Source of the DNA: Amoebidium appalachense
Lineage: Eukaryota > Protista > Ichthyosporea
Assembly (NCBI GenBank): GCA_963693365.1
Contig: CAVNZM010000016.1
Span: 3,871,957-3,935,956 of the forward strand
Reading direction: 5' to 3'
Length of the DNA stretch: 64,000 nt
Shown: piece after piece, positions 1 to 36,276 of the stretch
Position numbering within the stretch: the stretch's first letter is position 1
How the letters are laid out: each line of letters begins with the position of its first letter
Translations under genes and position numbers: made by a program
Notes under the pieces: model-generated
Told to the model about the DNA's origin: nothing
What the model saw: only the letters and a program-made list of their open reading frames with translations
Databases searched by the model: none

Positions 1-161
1 GACAAATGTTTGGTTTTGATTTGGTGTTGGTTTCTCAATATATAACACAGGCACTCAGACTCAGACGCACGCACGCACGCACGCACCACGCACGCACGCA
101 CGCACGCACTGCACGCGCACGCCCACGCACACTCTCATACACAAAATCCATGTCCATGCAC

Positions 162-18045
<17,884 letters not shown>

Positions 18046-19057
18046 TTTCCGTCCTCCGTACACCCCTGTGTGGTTGAAGATCTCAGCACAGGTACGGAGG
18101 ACGCAGGGAGGGGGGGAAGAGGGGGGGGGGGGGGGGGGGGGGGGGACGGCGAGGGGGGAGGGAGAAGGGGGGGGGGGGGGGGGGAGGGGGGGGGGAAGGG
18201 GGGAGGGGGGGGAGGAAGAGGGGTAGACTGCAACCCCATAATCCCCCATTCAGTAACCACACACCCAAACACAAACGAAAGGGTGAGCTTGTGTGAACAC
18301 ACACATGCACGCACGTGCATGCATGACTGAGCACCCGAAAATGATGAGTAAATGCACACACACGCGAGTGTTCGGGCTCAGAACACAAAACAGACACACA
18401 TCTAGAGAGATCTACACTGTAAACGATGTCAAAACACACACACATCCCCGCATATGCCTCTTTGTGATGCAGAAACACGCGTATATTCACACTTGCTGGT
18501 ACTGCTGGTACAATCACACACGGCAAAAACACGAAATACCAGGCATGCACACACGTATGAGTACACATGCACACACTTTGGCGTGCAAGCACGCGCAAAC
18601 ACGCAGGTACACACCAACAAAGGCAACTCTACACTGCAGCGCCAGAACTTCCCCAGTCAACGCGCAACCAAGGCACCCCCAGAAGGCGGTCTCAAGATCT
18701 ACATGCCTCACAGCAGAATGACAACATTAAACACCTTAACACCTTTGTGAACTGCTGAAGTCACACTCGGCAAGGGGAAGGGAAGAAAATGACGGCCCTT
18801 ACCTTAGAGCATGTGTGTGCTGCACATTCCAAAGGACATCTCCAAAACCAATGCGTCGTCACAGGAATTTCGGAGCAATCTTCTAAACTTATCGCCTGGC
18901 CCAAAAACACTTCCTCTATCGCTTTTCTCCGGCTTTCAAGTTGTCTTACAAGCCTATTCACCAAGTGTTTTTTCTTCTCTAACATCCGCTAAGCTTTGCA
19001 CCACCTACTCGATCGGGGGGCAAAGAGCGATGATCGTGGGTCGGGAAAAGCGCGCCC

Positions 19058-19069
19058 TTTTTATATAAA
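19058..19069 (-). promoter_or_regulatory. TATA-like box in the divergent promoter region between the BAH gene and EIF1AD
   Basis: TTTATATAAAAA on the - strand, upstream of a putative 5' exon ending in a strong AAG|GTAAGG donor at 18803. The 18800-19620 region is free of microsatellites. Confidence 0.4.
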
Positions 19070-19622
19070 TCACGCACAAAGTTAGGCTTATAATGTAGGT
19101 GACGCAATAGAACACGGCAAGTTTGGGGGGAGGTAGTTAAACTGCTCTATGTTTGTTGCTCCAATCATTTGAAGTTACACTAATCTCCCCTGACTTCACG
19201 TTCTAATATGCACATGCACACAGACATGCACACAGACACTCACTGTGAAGGGTGACTTGGCTGATACCAGAGTAATTGTGTGCCCTACTTGTAGGCTTGT
19301 TAGCTCTGGTTTAGTGTGTCTTGACATACAAGCAAGCGCCTATTAAGGCAAATCTTTCCGTCATTTATCATTGGCTTCAATTTGAAATTTTAAAAGTCGC
19401 GCTACATCACCTTGCTGGAGATCCAAGATCTAATGCGTTGCGAAACACAGACACATGCAGCTGCCTTTTGTAGCAGGCCTACTTCTACACAAATGACATA
19501 GTGCTTTTTTCTGCCTTTGCGTTCACTACGGCTTAAACCCCGTTGATAAGTTCATTGGTTTTGTTTTTCACGGTTACCTTGCCGGAAAATAGTAGGGAGT
19601 AAATTATAGAAATCACAACAAC

Positions 19623-24006
<4,384 letters not shown>

Positions 24007-24141
24007 AGAAGGGAAAGATGAAAGGGAAGAATGATTGCTTGGTTCGGTTTAGATCTTTGTTTAATTTCCGTTGAGTGGCTGTGTATGTGATCTCTGTGTG
24101 AGTGTGTGAGACTGGTACATAGGCATTTTACGATTGGGGTT

Positions 24142-24176
<35 letters not shown>

Positions 24177-24683
24177 GATGGATGTATTGTGGAGTGTTAT
24201 GTGTGAGCATGGGCGTGAGGGTGTGTTTGTGTGTGTGTTTGGTGTGTGTGTGTGAGGGGGGGGGGGGGGGGGGGGAGGGGGGGGGGGGGGGGGAAGAGGG
24301 GGCACTCGGGCAGGCTCCGAGCCGTTGGTTGTAGCATTCACCTTGGAGCTTAGTTAGTCAAACTGTACTAATAATAGCATCCGATTTCATATTAAGCATT
24401 GTAACTCAACAAAATGACTGTGTGCACTGGGCTGGCACCTGCACACCTGAAGAAATATACGGTATTTTGCAATGCAATTTTCGCCATGTTGTCATACACA
24501 AATAATAAGTATACGGTATTTTGCCGTGCAAATTTCGGCATAGTTTTTTTGCACAGGAAGCATACGGACTAATTAGCACCGTGACGGCACCTTGATATGG
24601 CTAAGGAAGTGACCCATCTATGGTAATCGATCAGAAGCTCTAGAAGATACATTGAACAGTCTCACCTAGGCCTCACACCTCAG

Positions 24684-24717
<34 letters not shown>

Positions 24718-24822
24718 ACCCTCCCTATGCAACCCCTTCCCCTTCCCTCCAATCCCTCCCCCCTCCCCCCCTCCCCCTGCCCTCCTCCCCCCTTCTTCCC
24801 CCCCCCCCCCCCCCCCCCCGCC

Positions 24823-24916
24823 GCATACTGTGCTCATGGCTATGTTGCATACTCGAATGTTTGCTTTTGCATGTGTCCTTCGTGTATGCGTACTTCGTAC
24901 CGTGTTCCGCATTCAA
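24823..24916 (+). mobile_element. 5'-truncated subfamily B element followed by poly(C)
   Basis: GCATACTGTGC...GTACTTCGTAC...CCGCATTCAA(C)n matches 47282-47393. Confidence 0.7.
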
Positions 24917-25514
24917 CCCCCCCCCCCCCCCCCCCCCCGCTACGCAGTGGTAGTCGATTAGAATTTCTGGAGGATTCATTGAACTGTGTCACCTCCCTCT
25001 CCTCCCTCCCTCCTCCCCAAAAAAAAATCCGTGGACATAGACCTCCCTTTCCCTCTCCCGGCCTTCCCTACCCGCGACTTCTAATATCTTCAAGTCTAGA
25101 CAAGTTCAAGTTCAAGTCGGTCGACATTAATGTCGCATGATACATGTGCACCTCCTCCCTTCCTCCCTTCAGCACTTCCTATATATAGCTACCGTGCGCT
25201 TGCGGATCCTTCCCCCCGCCCCCCCTTCCCCCCCCCCCCCGCCCTCTCCCTCCCTTTTTTTCCTTTTTTTTTCCCTGCGGGATGCGATGTAATGCTTTAA
25301 ATTTGAAAGACTCAAGCCGTGTTTGGGTTGTGTTTAAATTTGTGCTGCACGAAGCAATGCACATAGAGAGGTCTAATTAGAATCGGGGCTGGCTTATGAT
25401 ACAAACTAGCTGCAGAGTTGGGAAGGTGGTGGGGTGACGTTGCCGTGTTGCAATTGTAAGCGGGTGGTGACCATCCGACAGCGTCGCAAATATTACTAGG
25501 CTAGCGGAACCGTT

Positions 25515-25564
<50 letters not shown>

Positions 25565-27346
25565 AGGCAATATAGTGAAATTGTCTGCAGGGCTGGCCAC
25601 GACTTCGTTGGCAAGCCGGCAGAGGAGGGGTTCGGGAGTCTCGAGGCGCGACGCGGAAGGGGAAGAGGGGGCCCCCGGGGGGGGGGGGGGAGGGGGGGAG
25701 GGGGGGATTGATCATGAGAAGAATGGAGGCTTTTCAAGTTGAGTACACGTGTCAATTAGGAAGTGGGGAGGGGGGTCTTGGAGGGGAAGAGGTGAAGAAG
25801 GGAGGCTATAAGTTAATAATTAGGTGCACTTGCAATTGCCTACAAATGCCTATAAAGGAAGGAGGTAGATCTAGAGGGGAACTTTAGCTGGGGGGGGGGG
25901 GGGGGGGGGGGAGGGGAGGGGGGGGGTAAAGGGGGGTGGGGGGGGGTTGAAGAAGGGTGGGTTTTCAAGTTAATAGGTGTACGTGTCCATAACAGAAGGG
26001 GGTCCCGGGAGGGCCGCGGGGGAGGAAGGAAGGGGGGGGGGGGGGGGGGGGGGGGATTAGGGGAGAGAGAGAGGGGGGGGGGGGGGGGGGGGGGGTCTAC
26101 GTAGTTCAATGTGAGTGAATACCGTGTGTTGCAATTCTTGTTGCAGTTGGAGAGAAGGGAGGGCGAAAGGAAGGTGGAGAAAGTGAAAGATTGATAGATA
26201 CAAAGCCCTAAGTAGCATGTTTCCTTAGTTCTGTTTGTCACACTTTAGAAACCAGCTCTATGGTTTATCTAACATGTACTGACTGGCAGTGGTTGATTTG
26301 TTTCAACAGTGTAATACAAAATCGAAAAAATATGTTTAAGGACCAGTACATTTTCGCGCGATCGCACGTTAGCCAAACATAGAGATTTAGAAGGGAAGTT
26401 TTGGCGCGCAAATAAAAGGTTTTACAGAATTTTTAAAAAAGCCGGAATATTATAAAACAAAAAAAAAGTAGGAATATGGACGGGTCGGCCTATAACTAGG
26501 TGGTGGTGGCGGTGTATGGGTGAGAGGATGTGTGTGTACGTGTGTGTGTGTGTGTGTGTGTGTGTGGTGGTGGTGGTGGTGGTGGTGGGGGGGGGGGGGG
26601 GGGGGGGGGGGGGAGGGGGGGGGAGGGGGGGGGGGGGAGGTGGGACGGGGAGGCCTCGAGGGGTCTGGTGAAGGTGCAAGGTGTATATGCATATATGGCA
26701 CGTCAAGTTGCTTACCGAATAGGCAGGAGTGTGTGGTTGCAGTGTCTGGGGCGAACTTGTAGTCGACGCAAAACGAAAGCATGCGTGTCTTTGAGACGGA
26801 CTTTAACCACTAAGAACATTATGAGGCGACTCGAGTGAAGCTCGCAATTAAAGTAAAACGAAGCATATGCACAGGCCACGTTTGCATACCCAGACGAAAT
26901 TTTTGAGTCACGTGCAAGTTGTATAACCTACAGTACATACGGATTTATTACGGGCGGTAACAGCGCAATGCCACTAATGAATTTTCCGTTTTTTCTTGTG
27001 TTAGGATTTTACGGTAAATAGCTAAGTGCAGGCGGCCTGGAAACTCAGTTGCCATGAGAGAAATTAGAATGGAATGTGATCATAAATATTTTACGTGTGA
27101 GTTCTGCTAATTACTAAAGAGAAACCTTTATACACAATGTGTTTAGTTTGAATTAAGAATAAGGAGTTTCAACATACAGCTTGTTTTTTCTCTAAAACGC
27201 TCTTGTAATCGACCGATAAATTGTAGTGTATAAGCCTATCATGCCTGCTCTTGTTGGCAATCAGAAACAAGGCAATGTTTAAAAAAAGGGAAAGCAGACC
27301 CAGTGCCAATCCGATGACATCTTAATCCCCATATCACAATCCAGGA

Positions 27347-28449
27347 TTAGTGCTTCTCAGGCAGGGGCCAAACGTAGGTGCGATCGATCTTATCGAGCGA
27401 TGGCAGGCCGCTGAGAGACATAGCCACCTCCAGCTCCCTCTTGATCATTGCAAAGCACTGCGTCACACCCTCCGGCCCGTAGGCGGCGGCGGCATAGAGG
27501 ATGGGGCGACCAATAAGAACGGCCTTGGCTCCGAGAGCAAGTGCCTGTGAGAGAGAAAGGGGGGGCGTTAGAATTTGTTACGGAGTACAAATGTTGAGAG
27601 GGGAGGGGGGTGGGAGGAGAATGGCCGGGGGGGGGGGGGGGGGCACACGGACGGACACGGCAACAAGGAGGACAAGAAAAGAGCAGCTGCTTTTGTATGT
27701 GTACACTTCTGTATGCCTCTAGAGAGAGGGGGGAGAGGGGGAGGGGGGGGGGGGGGGGGGAGGTAAGGGGTTCTAAAATGCAGGGAAATAAGATGGAATA
27801 TCTCGTAAATGTCTCTTATCTCATGAAACATTTAAAAACAGCATGTCTCGAAACTTAATAAAAGTGATATATCTCGCACACTTTTATATCTCGTTAGTAT
27901 ATCTCACCTTGAGGATATCTGTGCCGCGGCGCACACCGCCATCCACAAAGACCTCGCAGTTCTTGCCGCTCTTGCGCACTACCTCCACAACCTCGGGAAG
28001 AATATCCAGGGCAGCACGGCTGCAGGAGAGGAGTGGGGGTTAATGCTCAATTTTCAAGTGATGGCGGGAGGTTATAAGGGGTTTCTTTTAGACTTTCGGG
28101 CCGGGTCGGGTCTGAGGGGATTCTAGCTATATGATTGGCGTGCTGCGCATCAGTTGCGCACCATCGTTTGGCCGGCAGCAAGATACAGATGCACCATAAT
28201 GCAACAAAAAAGAAAAAGAAACGGAGAAAAAAAGAAATACAGAATGAAATAATAATAATAAAGCGTTAGGAAGAAGATTGCAGTTTATATCATGATTTAA
28301 ATGCTGAACAAATGGCCTGACCCGGATGTGCTGGAATGGGGACAATTAATCGGCCTAAAAGAAACCCCCTTTAATGCTTGAATTCCAAATAAAAGTATTA
28401 AGGGGGGGGGGGGGGGTTTCCTTTTATCAAAGGCAAAGAAAGGTGCACG

Positions 28450-28490
<41 letters not shown>

Positions 28491-30925
28491 GGGGTGGGGT
28501 GGGGGGGGGGAGGAGGGGGGCAAGTGGATGTGTGCTTTTGTGCTGCGCGGGGGTAGGGGAGGAGGGGGAGGAGGGGGAGTAGGAAAGAAGGGCAAGGGGA
28601 CAGAGAGAGAGGGAAGGAGAAAGAGGAGGAGAAAGAGAGAGAGAGTGAGGGAGGAAGAGAAAGAGAGAGAGAGACAAAAAGAGAAACAAAAAAGAGAAAC
28701 ACACCTGCCATCAAGCTGCCTGCCACCATGGTTCGACACAACGATACCCTCCAGCCCCTTATCCACAGCAATCTGTGCATCCTCAGCCGTCTGAATGCCC
28801 TTGATCACAAGAGGGAGAGAAGTGATGGAGCGGAGCCAAGCAATATCGTCCCAATCAAGAGAAGGGTCGATAAACTTGGTGAGGTGGGTGGAGAGACCTG
28901 CACTCTGCCCCCCGGCCTGGTCTTTTTGAACGTTGACGGGCTTGGGCGGTTGCGCTTTGTTGCGAAGATCCTGTATGTTTTTTTACGTGTACGTGTGTGT
29001 GTGTGTGTGTTTGGTGGTGGTGGTGGTGGTGGTGGTGGTGGTGGGGGGGGGGGGGGGGAAGAGGGGAAGGGGGTGGTTTTAATGGGAGGGAAGGAGAGAT
29101 GATAAGGAGCGAAGGGTGGGGGGGAGGTGGGTAAGGGGGGGGGGGGGGGGGGGGAAGGCAAAAGGTGGGTTAGTGATGGTTGTAAACAATAGAGGGGTCA
29201 ACCCCTTTTCGCACCAAGTGAAGGGGGTGTTAAGGTTGTTTAGAATGGATAACGGAAGTAGAGCGAGGCAGGGGTTGTGGGTGGGTGGGTGGCTTTGTGT
29301 TCCCACGAGGATGGAAAACACGACGAGCATCGGGGATCCTCAAGAGAGATGGGGATATGGGGGAGGGGGGGGGGGGAGGGGAGGGGAGCGCTAACCCTGT
29401 TACAGCCACAAAGCATCAGGACACGGGGACACGGGCGGAAGAGTGGGTGGGAGTGAAGAGGGAACGGGAGGGAAGCAGGAGGATAGAGCAGGGTGAACGT
29501 TGGGGGGGGGGGGGGGGGGGGGGGGATAGCAAGGGGGAGGGGGTGGGGTGGGGGGGGGGGGGGGGGGGGAGGTAACTAACCCTCTCGCGACGACCAAGCA
29601 TGGGGGCGTCCACAGTCACACAGATAGCAGAGTAGCCGGCAGCCTCAGCACGACGGATCATATCCTCACTCTTCTTGCGATCACCGTTCACGTACAGTTG
29701 GAACCAGAGTGTCTGACCCTCAGTCTTGATCGAGATGATTTCTTCGAGGGTGAGTGAGGAGAAGGAGCTGGCTACTTGAAGAACTCCAGCCTGTGTGTGT
29801 GTGGGGGTGGGGGGGGGGGGGGGGGGGGAGGGGGCGGGGGGAGGGGGGAGGGGGGGAGGGCGGGGGGGGTTTAAATAGGGAGGGAGGGAGCGAGGAGGGG
29901 CTGGGAGGGGAAGGAAAGGGGGGGGGTGGAGGGGGGAGGGTTAGTTAAGGCTAAAGATCCTCCTATTGTGGCGGGGTCAGGGGGGAAAGGGCCAGGGGGG
30001 GGGGGGGGGTACCAAAAAGGTAAAAATATGTTGTCGCTTTCTTGGGATGGAGGGAGGGGGGGGGGGGGGGGGAAGGGGGGAAGGTAAGAGAGAGAGAGAA
30101 GCTTCCGAGAGACTAGACAGGATTGAATGGAGAAGGCAGTTAAAGGGAGGGAGGAGCTGGCAGATGGACTGAGGGGAAGGGAGAGGCGTCGACCGCTGGG
30201 GAGAAAGGGAGGCGAGGGAGTGGGGGGGAGCCCCGAGAGTTTGAGTGAGGGGGATAGAGAGAAGAGAAAGGGGCGGAGCGGAAGGGGGTGGGAAGGCAGG
30301 GGCGCCAGGGGGGAGGGGAGGAAGGGAGGGAGGAGGAGGCAGAACCCCGGGGGGAGGGAGGTAGGCATGAAATACCTTTCCAGCAGGGCCCACGGTCACG
30401 TGCTCGCCATCCTTATGCAGCAACTTCCCGAGGGCAGCGGGGGCCACCATGATAGGCATGCTGTACTTGTGGCCCAAGATGGTGCACGATGTGTCCACCT
30501 TGTCAACGTCGACCATCACGTGGGGGCGGAGGTAGTAGCGAAGAAACGCCTTTGCGTTGTCGTCAAGCGTGCTCTCATCTTCTGCTCCCGTTGTGATGTA
30601 ATCGTAGGCGATGGGGTCCAGTTTCGCCTTGGCGACGGTTTGGAACTCGTGCAGATTGACGATCTTGTGCATGGGCGTGAACTGACTCAGGCGGCCATCC
30701 AAAAGGAATTCAATCTTGGCTTCGGCGAGCTTGTCCTTTTCGAGCTCATCCTTGGGCTTGACCTGTGGTATAAAGAAAGGTTTGAAGGTTACAGGTGAGC
30801 TTGGGTTAAGTTGTGGGAGAGAAGGGGGGGGGGGTTTTGAATGCGTCAAAAAGTACGAAGTACACAAGAACAAACGGATAACACGATGCAGAATGCAAGC
30901 CATACATAAAGAGTATGCATAAGAA

Positions 30926-30971
<46 letters not shown>

Positions 30972-31856
30972 AAGGGGGGCGAGTGCAAGGATAAGGGGAA
31001 GGGTAAGGGTGGAGAGGGGAAGGGGGGCGGAGTGTGACGAGTACGCTTGAATAATGAGGTAGGATGTGCGGAAAGAGTTCGCCTTTAGTTGCAGGGCCGA
31101 AGATGAAGAACTGGTAAGGAATGGGGTGAGGAGAAAGGGGGGGGGGGGGGGGGGGGGGGAGGTTGTTTTATGCGGAGAGCAGGGGTTGGGGAAAAAAGCG
31201 GAGGGGGGCAGGACGAGGAGACAAAACGAAGGTGTAGAGTAAAGAAAAGGCTAAATTCCTCCACGGCTCGCGTCATCCAGCAAACCGATCTAAACATGAC
31301 AAACAGGGATACTTGCCTCGTTGCCGTCCACGAAGACATGGTAGGTGATGGGCACGTTGGCCTGCAAGGCGGCCAACCGCTTGATGTCGTCAACGAGCTC
31401 GATGGGGTAGTCGGCTCGGAGGTTGAGGCTCGTGTCTACGCCGTTGACGAGAACCCAGACGCGCTGGCCGGAAGTTCTGCGTGTGTTTTGTGAATGGGTT
31501 AGAACCACCAAGAGAGAAGAATAAACGGTAACACTGTGTTCGAGGGGTCATTGCAATTGGTTGGCATGGAAAAGAGAAAAGCAAAACAAGGAAAGAAGGC
31601 AGGGATATAAGGAGTGAATGCAAGACGGGTGGCTAGAGGATACGGGTCATGGTGAGAGGAGGAAGAGGGAGGAAGGGAGGGAAGCAGGGAGGGAGGGAAG
31701 ATGTTATACTGACTTGAAACGGGGGCGGGGAGGGGGGGGGGGGGGGGGGGAGGGGGGGAGGGAGAGAGGGGTTGAGGAGGTAGATGAGATAGCAGTCCAG
31801 TGACGATTCTAGAGTGGAGGAAGGAGGGAATCCGAAACTCACGTTGAGGCAGGCAT
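27347..31856 (-). CDS. FMN-dependent alpha-hydroxy acid dehydrogenase (L-lactate dehydrogenase Cyb2 / hydroxyacid oxidase family), 448 aa, 7 exons
   Basis: Exons 31856-31843, 31476-31317, 30762-30376, 29790-29581, 28970-28705, 28019-27908, 27544-27347. Motifs [79 protein letters not shown]. Confidence 0.93.
30835..30923 (-). mobile_element. 5'-truncated subfamily A element
   Basis: Near-identical reverse complement of ~42978-43063, flanked by poly-G. Confidence 0.75.
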
Positions 31857-33546
31857 TATGCTGTGAGTCTCTCGACAAACGTGACGAGGCGGAAGGGAAA
31901 AAGGAAAATGACCAAAGAGAGCTGTTACGATTCGTTGTGCTTTGACCTGTTGGTTTTTGTTTTTTTGTAGTGACTGGCCGCCAGCTCTGGCCGCCCTTTA
32001 TTCCCACCAGGTTGGACCAACCAGTTTTTCGGGCAAAAATGAATTGTTCCAGGCACCGTTTGGATTGGTTGTCCAATCAATTTATGAGCTTTTTATGCCA
32101 TATTTGGTAAGTAAGTGGTACAATCTAAACTGATTGAATGAGACGGCACCTTAAATCACGTCTAGCTAAAACGTGCGGGCGAAGCGGCTCGAATCTCAGA
32201 TCTGACGGTCAGGACTCAGGAGTCAGGACCAGGAGGGGGCCAGGTGAACCTCAGGCTCCAGAGCAGATGAAGTCTGATCCAGATTAAATATGTTTATTGT
32301 ACGTTGTTTGTACGCGCCAATAATATAAGAATGTAACTCATTTCTTTTCTGTGTGTGACACTGTGTGTTTGTGTAACAGCTGATAGCCGCCCACAGCGAC
32401 GCCGCACAAAAAACCTCCTATACCGTGGCTTTAGTTTGTGATATCACAATTTCATTTATAGGCTATCTGTAAAATATACAAATGAGATGGGTTATCTTCT
32501 CAAGAAAAAATCTGGTAACAAACAGAAATTTCGAACTGTATGCCTAGTATAAAACCTACTTTTAAAGTTTGTAATTGACTAGGCGGTTTATGTGCACCTT
32601 TATATACTCCAACAAGGGATCTTCCGCACTGCGTTTTTACAGCGTTGGACTGTTAACGTTGGACCTGATCACATTTTTTTGTAGATGGTCTGGATAACCT
32701 TTGACTTGACTTTGCACCACCTCTATATTTTCGGCGCGCGGCGCGTTGCAGTCCTGTTACTTGCGCCTTACTACATACACGTAAAAAGAATAGAATGTAG
32801 GTTAATTATGTTCAACGAGAGATTCTTTCTCCTCTTCTCTCATGTCATCATAGTGCAAACTCTCCTTTTAGCATGATGATCATGACCACCCAGTTTCACG
32901 GTGACGTCGACGTCTCAGACCAGCTGGAAGAAGAGATGGAGTATAGGGTGATTTGGCGCCATTTTCCCGCCAGAAGAACATGCTAGACGGTGCGAGTGTC
33001 TTCTCGCCCCACCCAGCCAGGCGCCATAACTTTCGTGCACAAGGAGTTGTCAAGGACAAAGAAGACGGTGGGGGGATGACATAAGTTTTGTCCTGGTGCT
33101 TCGGTACACGGTGCCTGTGTGGCGCATATTTATTAGAAGAACCGTGAACAGGCTTAATACAAACACTAACCATTCTGTAACGTCGACCCCCCTCCCGCTT
33201 CCCCCTCCCCCCCCCCCCGCGCCCCATCCCCTCTCCCCTTCTCCTCCGTGACCCCCCTTCCATACCTGTCTCTCCTGCCCTTACACCCCCCCCCCCCCGG
33301 CTCATCCCCCCCATCCCTCCTCCCCTCCTCCCGAGGGGGGAGAGGGGGGGCGAGGAGTTGGCTGCACTGATAGGCGGAGAGGGGGTAGGGGGGGAGGGGG
33401 GGGGGGACTCGAGGGGGGGCAGGGGGGAAGGGGAAAAAATGGGGGAGGGGAGCCTCAGGGGGGGGAGGGGGGAGACGATCATGGAGAACAGGTGTAAAAT
33501 TTGTTTCTGTAGCTTTCTTACCGAGGGCAGTACTGCCCTCCCTCCC

Positions 33547-33578
<32 letters not shown>

Positions 33579-34337
33579 TTACCTCCTCCGATCTCCTCCC
33601 CCCACCACCACCATCACCACCGCTCCCTCCTCCCCCGGGCGGCAGCAACAGTTACTGACACATATGCATGTCCGCGTTCCAATCACTCACTTACACTCAC
33701 TCACACTCATACGTTGACCACACCATTACCCTCAGATGCTTTTCTTTCAAAGAGCTTCTTCTGGATAAGAAATTTAAGAAAAGAGATTAAGAGCTTTAAG
33801 AATACGGAAAAAAACATGAACACACACACACAAACACACAAACACAACACACACACACACCCCCCCACACACAAACACACAACACATGCACACACACGCA
33901 CACACACATATACACACACGCACACACACACACACGCACACGCACGCGCACACACGCGTGCGCACACACACACACATGCTCATTTTTACACACACGTTGG
34001 CACACCAAAGGTTCACAAACACGGCATGTATACACAACACACAGGTACCTACACTGTCATACACCACCCCTTACAGTGCATATCGCCAGGGCTAACAAAC
34101 ACTTCCATTGCCATGCATACCCCCCCCCCCCCCCCCTCCCTCTCTCTCTCTCCCCCCCCCTCCCCCCCCACTCTCCCCCTATTCCTCATCCATATATTAT
34201 TGCATGGCTCCCCTGCCGGCCTGCATGAGGCTACCTGTCCTCCTGCCTGCCTGCCTTCACCATTACTCAAAAGCCTTCCTATTCCGAGATCTGCTTGCAG
34301 ACCTACCCACGATCACCCTTCTCCAATCAGGGGCTTC

Positions 34338-34371
<34 letters not shown>

Positions 34372-35156
34372 CCCCCCTCCCCCCCCTCCCCCACCTCCCC
34401 ACCCCCCAACTCTGTCCCCCGGGCCCACCCCGCACCCATCCACCCACCCTCCCACCCACCCCTTCATCACCACGTGACAACCTTGGCAACCCATCCCAGC
34501 ATACTCGCTTCCTACCATGTGAATTTTAACTGGAGCCTCTAGTAAGTAGGTAATTACTGCCACAGCCTTACTCTCGGACAGCCGGCGCTCTCCCGACTTA
34601 AGCTTCTAGTCTTAAAGCAACCAAAGACCAGAGGCTACTTCTATGGACCGTGATTCCCCCCCCTCGCTCTTCCCTACTTCCCCATGTCTGTCATCTCTTC
34701 TAAACAACAACAGCAAACCCAAAAGTACAAAGTTCCGTGGATCACCCAAAACAAGATGGTGCCAACTTGCCCTTTGGCCCCCGGCAGCATCATGGCAACA
34801 CCCGCGAGCGAGATCTCGCCCTAGATATCCAGGTCCCATATTTGTAGCAATGTGAGAGTAGTGGGAATAAAAAAATGGTTTGCACGGGCCGGGCAATGAG
34901 CGAGTTCGGTGTGGGTGGTTTGGGGCTACAATAGGACTGGGGAGGGGAGGGGGTGGGGCGGAGGGGGGAGGGGGGTGGGGCATCTAGTTCAGCAACGGGC
35001 AGAGAAGAAGACCAATCTATTGGAGTGTGATGGCGGCGACACAAACAGAAGACAAAAGGTAGTGGTTGAGGGAGGGTCAAGGAAGAGCGAAGAGCATAAG
35101 AGTAAACTTCTATACTTTTATTGTTACCCGCCGGGGGCCGTGGGAGTTGTGGGGGG

Positions 35157-35240
<84 letters not shown>

Positions 35241-35976
35241 AGGGGGGGGGGAGGGAGGGGGGGAGAGGGGGGCATATATGTATACGTAGTGCAGTAAGGG
35301 GCACGGGAGAAGACCAACATATCACTAGGTATCAATATACACAGAAATTCCGAAGTGTAAGGGGGAGGACCGGAAAGGGGCAGAAGGGCCTAAGAGTAGC
35401 TTTACATGAAACCTAAAACAGTAGCAGGAATCCGAGCGACCGGGAAAAGGGGATAGCAGTAGTCACCTAAACCATCAGTCGACTGTTGGTAGTACCGTTT
35501 TTTGTCAAGTTGTGTGTGTGCGGGCCTTCCTTTACACTGGTCAGGGGGAGTCGTATGTACGAGGGCATCTCGAACATATTTACAAAAGCTATCACGTAAT
35601 CTTTTGCAAGTCATACTCACAAGAGCTATTACATGATCACTTGACTTGGTGACTCCGAAGCAGTGTCGTGTGTGAGTGTGGTGTGTGGTGGGTGGTGGGT
35701 GTATAACTGAACGACACGACGGTGTGCGCGGGTCTGCTTGATAGTCCTTTCCCTCTCTTTATGCACTGCATTGGCTAGAGCTATAGTTACACGAATCTCC
35801 TGCAGACTTAGGAAAACACAGCTACAACATGAGCTATCTACAACTTCTACACACCAGGTGCACAACTACTGTTTTTCGAAACTTCCATACAAGTTTATTC
35901 ATCACTCCTGTTACGCACAACTGCAAAACATGCGAAAAAGCAAATGATAAACATAATTGTCTTACAAGGGGAACGT

Positions 35977-36276
35977 CTAACATATTCCTAATGCCTTTGC
36001 CCTCCGCACCCACTCCTGCGGCTGTCTCTCTGCCTTACATTCTTTACACGTTCGATAAATCTCCTTCTTCATTTCATCATCTGAGAAGTTATCCTTCTTA
36101 AAGAAACCCAAGCATCCAGTACAGCTGTAGAGCCCAAATCTTGCAGCGAGGCAGTTGTGGCACCACTGACAGTACGTGTCGTCATCCACCGTGTCAATGT
36201 ACCGATTCTTTAACGGGCAGTAATACATGGACGGGCGCAACTTGCCACAGGCCTCGCAGGGGAGCTTTATATCCAT
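35977..36276 (-). CDS. Small Cys-rich zinc-binding protein (99 aa) with a Stc1-like C-terminal finger
   Basis: MDIKLPCEACGK...CQWCHNC...CTGCLGFFKKDNFSDDEMKKEIYRTCKEC. Four CxxC pairs, and the last two with the internal FS resemble the Stc1-type finger. Upstream TTGCAG acceptor at 36332 and GTAAGT donor at 36523 suggest a 5'UTR intron, so the ATG at 36276 is preferred over 36462. Confidence 0.6.
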   Translation of the reverse strand: MDIKLPCEACGKLRPSMYYCPLKNRYIDTVDDDTYCQWCHNCLAARFGLYSCTGCLGFFKKDNFSDDEMKKEIYRTCKECKAERQPQEWVRRAKALGIC

